A program made the translations under genes and the position numbers. From Perkinsus chesapeaki ATCC PRA-425 (Eukaryota > Protista > Perkinsozoa): a stretch of 64,000 nt of DNA. Positions 47,201 through 60,302 of the stretch are shown here, in pieces. The stretch is taken from positions 43,350 to 107,349 of the forward strand of contig JAAPAO010000044.1 in assembly GCA_013115145.1 (NCBI GenBank), written 5' to 3'. The notes under the pieces were generated by a model that was given only the letters and a program-made list of their open reading frames with translations, did not search any database and had not been told where the DNA came from. The stretch's first letter is position 1. Every line of letters begins with the position of its first letter.

Positions 47201-49707
47201 TTATTATCTAGATGATGCAAGGAGGAGTAACAGCGTCCACGCCTCCATCTGCAGGAGCTGCAGTACGATCACCGTCAACGCCGGCTTCAGTGCAACCTGA
47301 GGTAACAGGGATCCGAGCTAGATTCTGCAGAGTGTCTTTGATACGTCGGAAATGACGGGAATAACTATTTATCATACAAGTGCAGTATTATGATTGTGGA
47401 TCGATTCAGGATTATGTCAGCTAGGAAATGTACAAATTGACAATTGCATTGGCAAATTCCAGCATAACCAATCACAGCAATTTCGTAATTGTTCAATTAT
47501 ATAATACCATTATTCACTCTACGGGGATGTGTCTGGTGGCGCTGAAGTGAGGGAATATAGAAAAATAGTTACACAACCTGATGGACAACATTACGGGGAT
47601 TGAGGTATATTTACACAGTTAATAATGAGGTTGTGTTAGATGGAATGACTATATGTAAAAGTTTACAAAATTCGGTACGTACAACTTGGCGGATTTGTAG
47701 TTGGTTCGTGGTGGTTGATAGTACTAGCGATATCGGTGGTTAAGAGGTTGAGATATATGATTGCAGGATACTGTTATGAGCTCCTTTATCACATTCTATG
47801 TCGCAAATTAACCTGATTCATTACTGATGTAATTTATTATAAATTTACCAGTAGTCGAATTATTGTGAATTTATAGTTGTGTTAGGTTCGTGGTAGTTCA
47901 TACCATTACCAACGGAGCAGTAGTGCCCATAGAAGGCAACATGAGCAACCTCAAGACCCGGGGGTAATGGTGTATCGTAAAAATATGGATGGGAGGAGGC
48001 CGGTGGCGGCGGCTGGGGGAGTGGGGTATAGGGCTACACAATCACCATCATTCCCGGCACAAGTGTTATCACCACAATCACAGCATAGGAGGATAATACA
48101 TAGAGGGTAGTATAAGAAGGGATGGGTTAAATTCTTATGCCTCCACTTCCTCATTACATTTATATATTATTTTTATGCCTCCACTTTCTCATTACATTTA
48201 TATATTATTTTTATGCCTCCACTTCCTCATTACACTTATATGTTATTTTTATACCAATTTTTCCCCTCAGACCCCCTCCTCCTCCTCCTCCTGGTGCTGC
48301 TTCCCCCAATGTGAGCTGTTACAGTCAAGTAGCGGGCCATATAGTGACTAAGGCTGCATCTTCATCCGACACTCCTACCAGCAGGTATGATTTCATTATT
48401 ATTAGTAGTATCACTGTTACTCAGCGCGTCTAGTACCCCAGGGGGGCACCAGCAAAATAGCGGTAGTTGTGGAGAATACGGTATGGGAGGACGTCCAGGG
48501 GGGCATATAACGCAAATTAGACATCAGCCGAGTGGTGTGGCGGCGGCGGATAGGTCGACTAATGTAAGGAGGTGTCGGGGATTCGGGGCCGGCATTGTTG
48601 GGGAGTCCTTGTAGAAATAGTCCCAAGTCCGAGACTGCTAGGTAGATGAACGCCATGGTAATTGTACAGTATTACGTATACAATGTTAGTCGCGAATTGG
48701 TACGTTAGAATGGCTCTTGGTACATGATCATGTTGGTGATGATTGATACTAGGTCGTGTTGTTGCTGTGATGACGGGAGGAATATGTATTAGGATTCGGT
48801 CCAGTCGTATCATCGAATGGAGCATGTCACAGTACGGCCAAGAGCACAAACCAGAGGAGGGGTACCTGAGTAAGTTTAGAGAGAGGAGGAGAGAGCGGTA
48901 TGAAGTTATGGTAGACACATTTTGGAGAACAGTGCGTTCCAATTCAACCATATGATAACAGGACTTGATCGCTCCAGCTTGCAGAACCAGACGATTCGGG
49001 TAATTGAGGAAAAATCGGTATGAGATAGGAAGTGGTAATAGGAGGAAGATTTCACCCGGGGGTCGATCGAAATGGACCCAGACTTGGCGGCAGCGGTCGC
49101 CTTGTCAAAGCTGGAAACGAGGAATGGTGATAAATTTTATGTAAGTGAATGGGAATGGTGGTTGGTGCTTATACGGGTCCATGGTGTCAGGATGAAGACC
49201 CTATTAGTATAGAGAGCCTTAATAGGCTGACTGATAGGGATAATAAGGCGAAGATTGATCAGGTGGGCGGAGGAAATGCATTTGAGGTTTTTGTTGCTCG
49301 AACGACGTCTTCTGTAGCAAACTTTTAAAAAGTTTGAGAGTTAAAAAGATACTTTTTTATTGAGTATTTTCACTAGGGCTGTCGATCATCAAGGAAAGCT
49401 TCCTCTTGATTAGGCTGTTGCTATTATTATCAGGGGAGAGCGTTGCTTAATGGAGAAGGCGGTGCTTTGTGCTACGTTAAATAACAGTCTCCGATACTTA
49501 TAACATAACACTGCTGCATTCAATGGTATTGGTTTTTGTTAGGTTTGCCGTGAATTCGGTTGGCCCCAGGAGCAAGTAGCCCAAGCCTTTAGAGTTCGAG
49601 GCACGGTGGATGCAGCGGTTGAATATATACTGGAGAAGGCTTCAACGGCAGATAGTGTTGATAGGGCCTCGGCGCGTAGCACGGCGAATAGGCATAGGGT
49701 GCAATAG
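44274..49707 (+). CDS. IRAK/Pelle/RLK-like (TKL) protein kinase with probable C-terminal UIM and UBA, multi-exon
   Basis: YPYEELRRATNNFSQDNVLG, GTYGCVYRG, VAVKVL, FRHANLVILMGF, CLVYELL, FTWHQRLNVALDAALGLSHLH, VFHRDIK, NILLD..KVADFGLA, GTIGYADPAY, VYSFGMVLIELLT, RPRF. Downstream exons give DPDLAAAVALSKLE (UIM-like) and FGWPQEQVAQAFRVRGTVDAAVEYIL (UBA-like). The start codon and the linkage of kinase to tail are inferred. Confidence 0.8.
48135..48250. repeat. 38-bp tandem repeat, three copies
   Basis: TTATGCCTCCACTTCCTCATTACATTTATATATTATTT-like units at 48135, 48173 and 48211. Confidence 0.93.
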
Positions 49708-51878
49708 TAACATTAATGTTAATGAAGAAGAAGTTACGGTGGGGTAATTAGTCCTTTTGAAGTTGGAAGGAGGACATGTTGGAAGTAGTGGGACTCTGTT
49801 GCGTTTTATCATTAATTAATTTTCGGGTGGTGATGACGTGGAAGGTGTTGTAATACCGAATAAATAAATAACGGCTTTGGTGGGCCTGAGGTGGGAAGTA
49901 TTATTGAGGAAATTATAGGGTTTTCGACTAGATTTTGCTCAGATGTTGGCACTGTGTAGATTGCTGTCGGTGAGGTATCATATTGTTAAATTGGAGCCTT
50001 TAACCTCGACCAAGCTTGTGCTAAGCTAACTACACTTTTGGTACAGGTCTGAATTCTTACATAATAACTGGTTTTTTGTAACTTGGAAGGTTTGCATTTT
50101 CACGTCATGGGGATCCTCCTCGTAGTGTTAGGAAGCCACAAGTTGTTGCCCATGACTGAAGAGCTGGAAACATTTGTACGAAACTGCAAACATGATCACT
50201 ACAATGAGAGACAACCAATCGAACAACCGTTTCGTAAGCACCGTGCATTATAAACCCCCTCACAAAATAGCATGACCTCCACACTCTTGTGAATCAAATA
50301 CCAACGAGAAAGAGTTAGGACTTGATATTCTGTGAAAACAACTTTTTTACGATAATGATATAAACTGTCATGTGACAGCTGAAAATCTGGCTCGTCTGGA
50401 ATCAAAAACTGAAACTGTCACAATCTGCACGCGTCCAAAATAATGACCTCAAAGATGCGCTGTCATCCGATAGTTTTTAACCCATAATTTAATGTAGAGC
50501 TCATATTATTTTGTGAGAAGGTTTATTATGAATTTATTGGGATGTAGACGAATCAAAAAGGCTAATAGCATTCGACAATCCAAATAATAATTTGAAGTAA
50601 GCAAGAATTATCATATTCTTAAAAGTGATAATCAATGAGTAAATGGTATACCATATATTGACTATTGTTATCACATGAAGTTGCTCCATAAACTTGGTGT
50701 CAGTATTTTCATACCAACATTTCCGTTGATGATAATACTGCGGTGGGCATCTAGTTTCGTGCGAGGTCTTCTACTAGAAATAGTAGGTCCATCTGGGAAC
50801 CGTAACCGGTCGAAGATCGGATCTTTTCAGATTCTCGTTGCCGTCATAGCGTGTTTGCCTTCCGTGTGGTGGAGCATTAATAAAACGGATCATATCTTGA
50901 ACCATGCACGATCTCTGGATTTATCCTCGGCACTAGAGATTGCCGTGGATGGTGGTTTTAGTCGACTTCTAGCAAGTACTGGCTACTGGTTGATATTATA
51001 CAGCCGAGTGTTGCCGAATTGCGCCCTCGCTGTGGATGAGACGGTCTAGAATAGGTCGCTATTAAAGCTGGTTTAATGGTGACCGTGGTACGAGAACGTT
51101 TGTGCGCAAATCGATGAAGATTTTCTCGAATCTTCGCAAAAAAGCTTCTCGCTTCTCGCCAATGTAGACTGCGGGCGACCAGGCGCTAGTCTTGTAGCGT
51201 GGCGGTAGTGCTCTTTGATGGTCGGAAGAGGTGGAAATGCGGAGATTGAATTTTGGGAGGCGATGTGGTCCTTGAGGTTTAAAAGTTGCTGAATGATAGT
51301 CCTTTCTAGTGTATTAGATCGCCTTGTTGATGAGGTCGGCTTGTGGGTGAAGTCGATACTAGTGGTATCAGCTGAAGATATTATTATTGACTGATAGTTC
51401 GAACATAATAGAACTTAGGATTGTTTGGCTGGACTTAGTTGATTAATCATTTTTGCGTATAGGAATGTCTTACTTGATGTTGCTCTTGGTAGGGGGAAGG
51501 CTCGGGGAGAAGTGGAAATCGATTTATGTGAGATTCACTGGAAATCCTCGAATTATTAGAAGGTTCCTACTCCAAACTTTGACAGTAGTGGCTGCATGCC
51601 GGGCGTCACGGGAAGACTGGAGTGTCCAGCTTAGTTGAAAACAATACAAACTCATTTTTTCCTCATTTTAACGACGTGAAATATTCAATCTTGATCGTCT
51701 TGCCCCCCGACAAGCGCGAACGCACTGTGGTATCATAGGGACCTTTAAACGGCTCCTGGAGGATCCTTTCAGTAAGTAGCTTCCACTATGGGAACCTATT
51801 TTCTACTAAGCTTCTTTATCAACGCAAGATATCACTTCAACATTGAAAGAATCTTGTATGTAGTTTTATTTTTCTTTA

Positions 51879-53560
51879 ATGGCATCAGTACCCGTCGAAG
51901 ATATTTCTAATACCCTACCTGCTTATTCTGGTAGCCCGACTGACTCGGCAGCGGCCCAGGTTACACCGTTAGCTCCCCATTGCCCTCTGAAGGTCTCAGT
52001 TCAAAGAACATCTCCTGTCAAGGAATCTGGTAAGAACTTTGGAAGTGTGTGATCAAGTCGTGCGTGATTGCCTGGCAGCCGGTGTGAAGGGGTCTTTGAT
52101 CAGACCAGAGCGATTTTTGGACTTTTTTGTTTCTTCAAATGATCAGTCTCGATCTTTAACAGCACAAGCGGGAATGTAATGAAGTTCCTTCCACGATTTT
52201 AAACAGTTAGATGGGTACAAGATAGCTGAACATCTTTAGTCACTTGCTATTCATTTTCTCAGTAATTTATTACTTATATGCTTGCATACTGCTGCTCCTA
52301 TACTCGTGGCGAATACCTAGTAAAATCGCTCTGGGGTGGAAATGATAGTCATATAATAATTGTCGGGTTTATTTGAAGAATGGCTCGCGGTGGGATGCCG
52401 TCTTCAGGTGATAACGTCTATCCTCCTCCCCCTTATGATGGCGACGGCTTGTCCAAGGCCAAGTCATGTGCTGTAATCGGCGGCACGCCTCCTTTACCAA
52501 AACGTGCACCGGTAGTCAGCTGCTGCTGCTCCTCCTCCTATGATACACCACCAGCACCACCGAGGCCTGAGGCAGGAGTGTATATGTATAGAGCAACTGA
52601 GAAGGATGTTAATGATGTTAAGTTATGTATACTGGCATATTATAGGTGATAGGGAGAGGGAGGAGGAAGAGGAGGGGATAGGGGTTTAATAGGGATAAAT
52701 GGTTTTAATAGGGATAAATGGTTTTAATAGGAATAAATGGTTTTAATAGGGATAAATGNNNNNNNNNNNNNNNNNNNNNNNNNNNNNNNNNNNNNNNNNN
52801 NNNNNNNNNNNNNNNNNNNNNNNNNNNNNNNNNNNNNNNNNNNNNNNNNNNNNNNNNGGGATAAATGGTTTTAATAGGGATAAATGGTTTTAATAGGAAT
52901 AAATGGTTTTAATAGGGATAAATGGTTTTACCAAGTTTACCTTGAGAACCGCCACGAACGAGACAGGCTTACTCTCCTTATCATTCGAGCATACCCCTTT
53001 GTGATAGATTCCCAATGAGGGCTTCTAAAGAATGATGAGCATGTTCATCATTCGTGAAGGGATTTCCAAAATAGTGCGGGCTATTGTAAATTATAGCTTA
53101 CAATTGCCCCCGCATCGATGTCTTAAGCAACAATCACTTGATATCATTTCGATCTCACTACTATGGAAGTTCAACTAGGCATGCGGGTCATTCAAATCTT
53201 GCTCTCGGAAGTGTTGTATTGGATCTGCAAGTCTTAGATATTGTATTTGTCAGGCTCAAACGTTTGCGAGGTCAAAGGCCGACGAGGGCTACGATAGATT
53301 ATATTAACAGTTTAGGGTGCTTTTGTCGTGGTGGTGGTTATACTAATAATACTGATACGCCACCGATATCTAGAACACCGCTGGCACGTGTGCCATCTGG
53401 AGGCAGCAGTACTGTAAGAAGCTATACAAGCGTATCACCACCAGGGAGCCCACCTGGCTCCGGTAAACCACCGAGATCACCTCCCCGTAGAAAAGCTGAT
53501 GATGTTATTAATTTATCGTCTAGACTCTCAATGATGTCGAACGGCGGTCCATCAGCTTAG
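51879..53560 (+). CDS. Hypothetical Ser/Pro-rich protein(s), multi-exon
   Basis: Exon-like ORFs MASVPVEDISNTLPAYSG, MARGGMPSSGDNVYPPPPY and SVSPPGSPPGSGKPPRSPPRR. A gap and repeat interrupt the region, so the structure is uncertain. Confidence 0.3.
52685..52930. repeat. 19-bp tandem repeat spanning an N gap
   Basis: Unit GGGATAAATGGTTTTAATA repeated on both sides of the gap. Confidence 0.96.
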
Positions 53561-54577
53561 TTATGCAGTTTCACAAGGCATAGGTATTATACGAAACTTT
53601 TTGTGGTGATTTTTGGTACGAAGATATAAGTGAAATATTATTATTATCCTACAAATTCTGACCCTGAAACAGGCATATGATGATTGCCTGTAGGTTTTAA
53701 TGATGCTATTATATTAGTTCATTGGTCATTCCCATCTAAGTGGTCATTTCCCAGGAGAAGTAGGATGAGAAAATCGATTTTTAGAAAATTTTGCCCGGCG
53801 TAGTAGTTCCAGCCAGTTATATATCTTTTTGATCGTGGATAGTTTTTGGAAGACATAGGTTTCATCTCCGTCCGTACCCACTCGATGCGATGCTGTGCTT
53901 CATTTTCGGGTGCGTGAACACCAAATCGTGTGTGAGATTGTTCTGTCGATTTGCCCTCGCCCAAGACGAACATTTTTCTAGGGCATTTTTATAGCACCGG
54001 TTGTAGTAGATATGATGGATAATAGATTAACAATAGACTCGCTGCTACACTAGGTCTCAGTATCATCGAATTTGGTTATATCTAATTAAATAGTACGGAG
54101 TTTTGCTGGTCGACAGGAGAGGTTGAACCTTTCTTTCCCATCCACTGCGTTTCTTTTCCAATGCCATCCGTTAGCACTTACCGGGATAGTAGGTAAGCCA
54201 GCTTTTACCAGCTGGTGGAAACCCCTGTCACTTTGCAATCTAAAGGACGAGCAACTTTGATGGTGCATTTGGTTAGCTCTGATTGAAGTACTCTGTCACG
54301 CTTCTCTGCAATAGCATGAATCTAGGGTGCATATTAAAGATGAGCGCGATTGCTTGGTTGTTCGCTACTGACGAGGATTCTGGCTCTGAAGCTTTGAGGA
54401 TGGACTTACTATGCATAGGGAATATATGCCTTGGATACTTCTTGATTGGCTCGGTTTAGTTGTTCCTAAATCGTCGAAAACACTGTTTTTATAGGTAGTA
54501 GTAGTGGTAACGGATATCGTTGAAGATAACTGCATCCTAGCTGTGTTATTCCTCCTTAACCCTTCTTATCTCTCGCA

Positions 54578-57500
54578 ATGACCGGCTCAAACGGAATCCT
54601 CAAGGCGGTCAGCGGGACTGACGACGCTGTCCCGATAGCCGTTAAAACGGCGTTGGTGTCTGTCTATGACAAGACAGGCTTAGATGGCCTCGGCAAGTGC
54701 CTGGCTGAGCAAGGGGTCAAGGTGGGTTTGTGAGTAAGATGCCGTTTTTGCTGGAAATGTGACAGATTCTCTCTACTGGTGGGACGGCGAAGAAGATGAA
54801 GGAGCTCGGATGCTCAGTGATTGATGTTAAGGACTACACTGGCTTCCCTGAAATCCTGGACGGCAGAGTGAAAACTCTACATCCTAAGGTGATCGGCAAT
54901 TGACGATGGAGAAGGAGCAATGTTTTGGTCAGGTGCACGGTGCGTTGTTGTCTGTAAGGGGTAACGAATCTCACGAGGCTCAACTTGCCGAGCACGGTAT
55001 AGAGAAGATCGACTTGGTGGTTGTGAATCTGTAGCCTAATCTATCAAAAAGGCTCTCTAGCAGTTATTTCAGTTATCCCTTTGAAAACGCCGTAACGACC
55101 ATGGGATCATCCCTGCCAGCTTGCATAGAGAATATTGATATTGGCGGACCGTGCATGGTGGGGGACGCGCAGCTTAACTATAGATTATTTGTTCATGTGT
55201 AGATTCGTGCAGCTGCGAAGAACTCCCACGGTGTATGTGTTCTCACTAACCCCTCCGATTATACTGAGTTTGCCCGAGAGATTGATTCTAATAACGGGTG
55301 CGCGTTCCGGTTTTCATGATAATGGTAGTGCGTTGGTTCCGCTAGGTGCACTAGCCCTGAGTTCCGCCGACGAATGGCGAGCAAGGCATTCGCTTTGACG
55401 GCAAGGTAAGAAAATTCGGTAAAAATAGCAGCTCCTTGTTTCGATCAAGGGACCTTTGGGTTATGAGCCCAACACGCTATCCACTGCGCCAAGCTGCTTG
55501 TTGGGTCTTGTAATGCTTCTATCGCTTCGCCCTAATATTGTCCGGTGGCACGCACGTGTTCCGTCCAACGTCGCGACTTGCGCTCATTTGTGCGTAAATC
55601 TCCGGGATATCCTGGTGGAGAATATTAGCAATCGTTAAGCGGCGTGGCCTACTCTCAGATACGATAGTAAAATCGCAGCCTATCTCGATTCCAAAGAAAA
55701 TCCTGAATCATTGGGAGATTCTATTACACAGGTGGGTTTTACGCGGGTTTGGTTCGAACTCGCTGTGGAAATGTTGGTAGCTTCGAAAGGAGGGCGCCGT
55801 TTTGGTGGGGTCCGCCTTCATGAATAGCTTGTGTGCCCGTCTAGCTCAGTCGGTAGAGCGCAAGGCTCTTAACCTTGTGGTCGTGGGTTCGAGCCCCACG
55901 GTGGGTGTTACATATTCACTTCCTCTCAGGCTTTCGACGTCGTTGCCCCCTTAAAATACGGATGCAATCCTCACCAACAGCCAGCAGCCATGTGCTCTGT
56001 AGTTGGCAATAATATGACCATGCCATTTAAGGTCGAGCCTTCGGTGAATCGCAGCCTTCTCCACTCGCGTTGGTATAAGGTACTGAATGGAACTCCTGGA
56101 TATATCAACCTGCTCGATGCCATCAACTCGTGGTATCTAGTAAGGGAGATGGATATTGCAACTGGGTAGGTGGTCTGCTGCTATTTCGCAGAGACTTGCT
56201 AGCAAGCTCGGCAATCCCAACGCACTATGGACGGGACAGGCTGTCCCGGACATTAAACTTTGAGACTTATGTGTCAGACTTCCATCAGCCGCAAGTTTTA
56301 AACATGTAAGCCCTGCCGGCGCCGCAGTAGCCAGTGCTGGCCTCCAAGGTAGCCTTGTTGCTATACGTTGAGGGTTCTTATTGCTTGTCCGTGTCAGGAA
56401 ACGAGGCCTCTATCTACGAGGTTGCCCCTTCTGCACGAGATACCCTCACGCCTGTGGCGCTAGCCTATATTAGGTCTCGAAACGGCGACCCGATGTGCAG
56501 TTTTGGCGATTTCGTTGCGGTTTCCAGTAAAACTTGGTAAATATGGCGCTAAAAACACGATTTCAGGGACTGTGGATGTACCGTTGGCAAACCTCTTGAA
56601 ATCTGATGTATCAGATGGTATAATTGCCCCTGGATTCGAGCCAGCGGCATATGACATTCTCAAAGCGAAGAAGGGAGGTATTAAACCGGATACCGCATAT
56701 CCGTCACTATTCATGGCTTCTTACAGGCTTCTTCTTGAACCTTCCATCTTCGTTATAGGCAACTTGCATTCTTTCTCAGTAGGTTAGTAAAGCTAAGAGT
56801 TGACTTCTCTTTAGCTAAATATCAGTTCGTGAGTTGCAATCAGCTGATCTTTCTTTGACCGTTGAGTCTGGTATAGGTTGTTTTTTTCCAGGCAAGTTCG
56901 TTGTACTCGAAGGAAACGTAGACTTTGTGCCGCCGGAAATGGAGGTTCGTTCCTTGGGAGGGCTTGGACTTGTACAGAAAAGGAATGACGCAGTTTTTGA
57001 CAAGTACAGTGGGTTTGTGAAGGGAGCCCTCATGTGTCCTTCAGATCTTACCTGAAGAACATCGTTACGAAGGGATCGATGGCCTTTACTGAGCAACAGA
57101 TAATTGATCTCATTGTTTGTTCGATAGCTGTTAAGTGAGTTCCTTTTGTGGTGGAGTTGGTCAGTGGAGTCTGAACTTTAAAGTTCATAGGAAATACTCA
57201 TCTCAACGGAATGAGTTCACACCTTCATCTTTTGCCTCCTACCCTAATTGCAGAGACCTCTAATCCTATGTCGCGTACTATTATTCCATCGTAGGTATAC
57301 TCAGAGCAACAGTGTTGGTTTCTGTAAGGAAGGTATGATGATCGGTATTGGGGCAGGTCAGCAGAGCAGAGTCGACTGCGTTAAACTTGCTGCTCGAAAG
57401 GTGAAGGTTTGTAGGTCTTGTGTAGGTTATAGTGGATAACAGGTTCAAAACTGGTGGCTAAGGCAACACCCCAAAGTGCTTGGTATGAAATTCAAGAGCG

Positions 57501-59200
57501 GCGTTAAGAAGCAGAGCCGAGTTAACGCTCGTGTCCGGTAGGCATTCAGAACCTACTGATTTGTGTAGGCTAGTTAGGTTAACTAGTAAGGCTAACGATG
57601 TTGGCTATTGAGTGAAACTCAATGAGTTAGCCATATCCAGTCAATAACCGACCTTGATAATGACCAGTGTGACCTTGATCATTAGGCAATAATGTCCGAT
57701 ATATAGATGTACTTATAAGATCGACGGGCCACAGACTCTGTGGTACAGAGTCTTACTGTGTAATTCACTACAGTATATGGCACATTTATGGCCACTCCGC
57801 GATCTATCTAACTGGACTCCAAGTATTGGAGGTTGGTACTACCAACTTGGTAGTATCATACCGACCTCCAGGGAGGTTACCAATGGTGTTCAATGCGAAA
57901 GATACTGTCTCTAAGAGACGGTTCTCGACAAAAGATTTCGACAGAGTCTTCTTGAGACTGATCGATAATCTTCCTAGTTTGATACTAGCTTCGCTGGACA
58001 GCGTTCAGCGAACAAGCGTCGACAAATTCATCTTCAGCGGTGAGAAACAGTCGGACGGCTCCTGTGTTTCTACGAGTTGACTTCAGTTGCTCGTCGTATT
58101 ATGGTTAGGTATATCATTATTATAATGGCATTATAGTATACCCGATATATCGGATACACGAATGGTATATCCATGGCATGGCATGCCTAACCCCGTGTCT
58201 CTTACTCACGGGAGAGGCAATCTCAGTGGCCCTTCAGAGGTCTTTGTGGCAGTCCAGTTCTGCGAGCGCATGTCTTTTCAGAAGACGCGCTGTGAGACGT
58301 ATCTAACCGGGCAGGTTGAATTTTCGAACAGTGTACTCCATTAACACTTTGCTAAGCTGGTAAAACAGCAGCTGGCCCTGCGAGTGTACATCGGCGCGTG
58401 CTGAGAGTACTTTACTCTACAGGAGCACCGACCTGAGCAGCCCAGGTTGTCACAAGACTTCAGCGCCTGTCGTATTTTGGTTACATCAATATGTTCTCTA
58501 CTCAAGATTCTCCACCTGATACTTTGTTTTTGGACGCTCGCCAATCCACGCTTTGGCGTACGAAATCTTTCGAAAAAAGATGAAAACTGAAAACTTCGGA
58601 AAATCTCCTTTGATATAATCATAGCCCGTGACTCACGGACTGTATAGTGTGGTATATATTACTTCCATGAGTAGATACATCGAAGGCGACATGAGCGACT
58701 TGGAACTCACCAACTGGAAGAAAGATAACTTCGAGCCATCTGATGTGTTACCTTATAAGAGTATCCTATGGAAATTGCGTGATTCTCAGATTCCACAGCC
58801 GTTGACTGACGATGAGAAGGCGGCCTTCCTCAAGACTCTAACCGGCGTTGCTGTATCAAGTGACGCATTTTTCCCCTTCCGGTGAGTCCAGGGTTTCATC
58901 GGCGATTTCTGGTGTAAAATCGACGTTGACGAAGACCAGGTTGTGGCTTCCGCGCCTCAGCTAAAACGTTTTTTTGCAAAAATTAGCACTTTGTTTCTTT
59001 CTTCAGCGATTCTATCGACGTGTGTAGCCGTTATGGCGTGACAAGCGTTGTCCAGCCGGGAGGATCAGTGGCAGATACTGAGGTTATCGAAGCTTGCGAT
59101 CAGTAGTGCACTAGAATACAACATAGGGCAACTGTGAGTGTCTCTTTCCAGGTATTCCATGACGATGGCCTTCTCTAACTTAAGACTTTTCCATCACTAA
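54578..59200 (+). CDS. purH: Bifunctional AICAR transformylase/IMP cyclohydrolase, multi-exon
   Basis: [118 protein letters not shown] with TAA at 59198-59200. Confidence 0.97.
55835..55907 (+). tRNA. trnK-CTT: tRNA-Lys(CTT), inside a purH intron
   Basis: GCCCGTC/GGTGGGT acceptor, TAGCTCAGTCGGTAGAGC D-arm, CAAGG-CT-CTT-AA-CCTTG anticodon arm (CTT at 55868-55870), GTGGG-TTCGAGC-CCCAC T-arm. Confidence 0.97.
57538..58673. mobile_element. Enlarged purH intron, probably containing a decayed transposon remnant
   Basis: 1136-nt intron in a gene whose other introns are mostly 40-260 nt. A minus-strand fragment [16 protein letters not shown] resembles the CXC motif at the C-terminus of some DNA-transposon proteins; several palindromic footprints lie inside. 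No TIR/TSD confirmed. Confidence 0.35.
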
Positions 59201-60302
59201 TGGTAGCTGGCATGATTTTTTATTAAGAGTGAAGTTTTGAGGGAATATGGTTTCGAGATGAATGCGTGTCGTCGAGTTTCGGCCTACGGGTGACTCAATG
59301 CTGGCTTGGGGTGCTATCTCACGCATTCGGTGCTCACCGGGCATTGAAACTGGAAACTGGTGGTTGGGAACGACTTGTTCCCGTAGCAATCATATTGACA
59401 GCGCATGTGAGACAAATCTCGCGCCTTGACCAAGTAGGAACTTTTTGACGGACATGATCTCGAGTACTCGTGACCCACGAGTCGTGAAGCGTTTTAAGCG
59501 TGACGCCCATCGCGCATAATTTACATCGTGGCACACATCGGGCACACAGCACAGCCCTACACAACGCCTACTTTGACGTTGTAGGCCATCAACTTTTGCG
59601 GACAACACGAGATCGATATGAGTCCCCCTGTATGCTGTTCCTCCCAGGGCCAGGTCAGAAAAGGGAAAACGTTTGATATTTGCACGCATCTATCGTGCAC
59701 AATGGGGAACGCCCGATGTCCTCATCAACCATGTTCAACTGTTGAACTTTAACGTCGTAATCATTTCGAAGAAAGGCTGATATTCAGCCTCACACTGCCG
59801 CCGCGGCAGTGGCGCCACTCTCAGCAGCCCACTGTTACAATGGAATGTCAATGGAACGCAGCGCCGAACAACTGTTGGGTGGGAAAGATTGGATATGACG
59901 GCTACTTGAGCTGTCGAGGAAATGGAATATAGAGCCTTGGTATGCGTAGCTGAGCATAGTTGAGATGCGCTCAACTCGTAGGCCGCCTTACACTACGCTG
60001 AGGTTATACAATCTTGTCGTTATAGATCGGCTACACCGAGAGGCTGTTATGACTAACTTACCTAGGGTGAGGGCTACCGTCTGCTGTACTCCCTGAGTTA
60101 AGGTCATTAACTATGCGTAACCTCCTAAGTTAGGCACCATCACACTGACTTTAACAGTATAACAACGAGCGCGTAACAACGGCAATTTTTTTGAGCTAGA
60201 GTTCCGGACTGGAACTCCCGACAATGTCATTGTTACAAAAACTATTGTCGCGATATGAGTAAACTTACAAGGCATTCATTGGAGGCTTTTATGATGAAAG
60301 CT

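Noticed and set aside
50675-51650. ORFs on both strands
   Set aside because: The minus strand has a plausible open stretch but there is no recognisable product or clear start; too weak to call.
55745-55775. GGTTCGAACTC B-box-like string in the purH intron
   Set aside because: No C61-C62 and no tRNA-like acceptor strand.
57760-58655. CACTA termini inside the purH intron
   Set aside because: Similarity is short and the flanking trinucleotides (ATT vs TGG) do not form a TSD.
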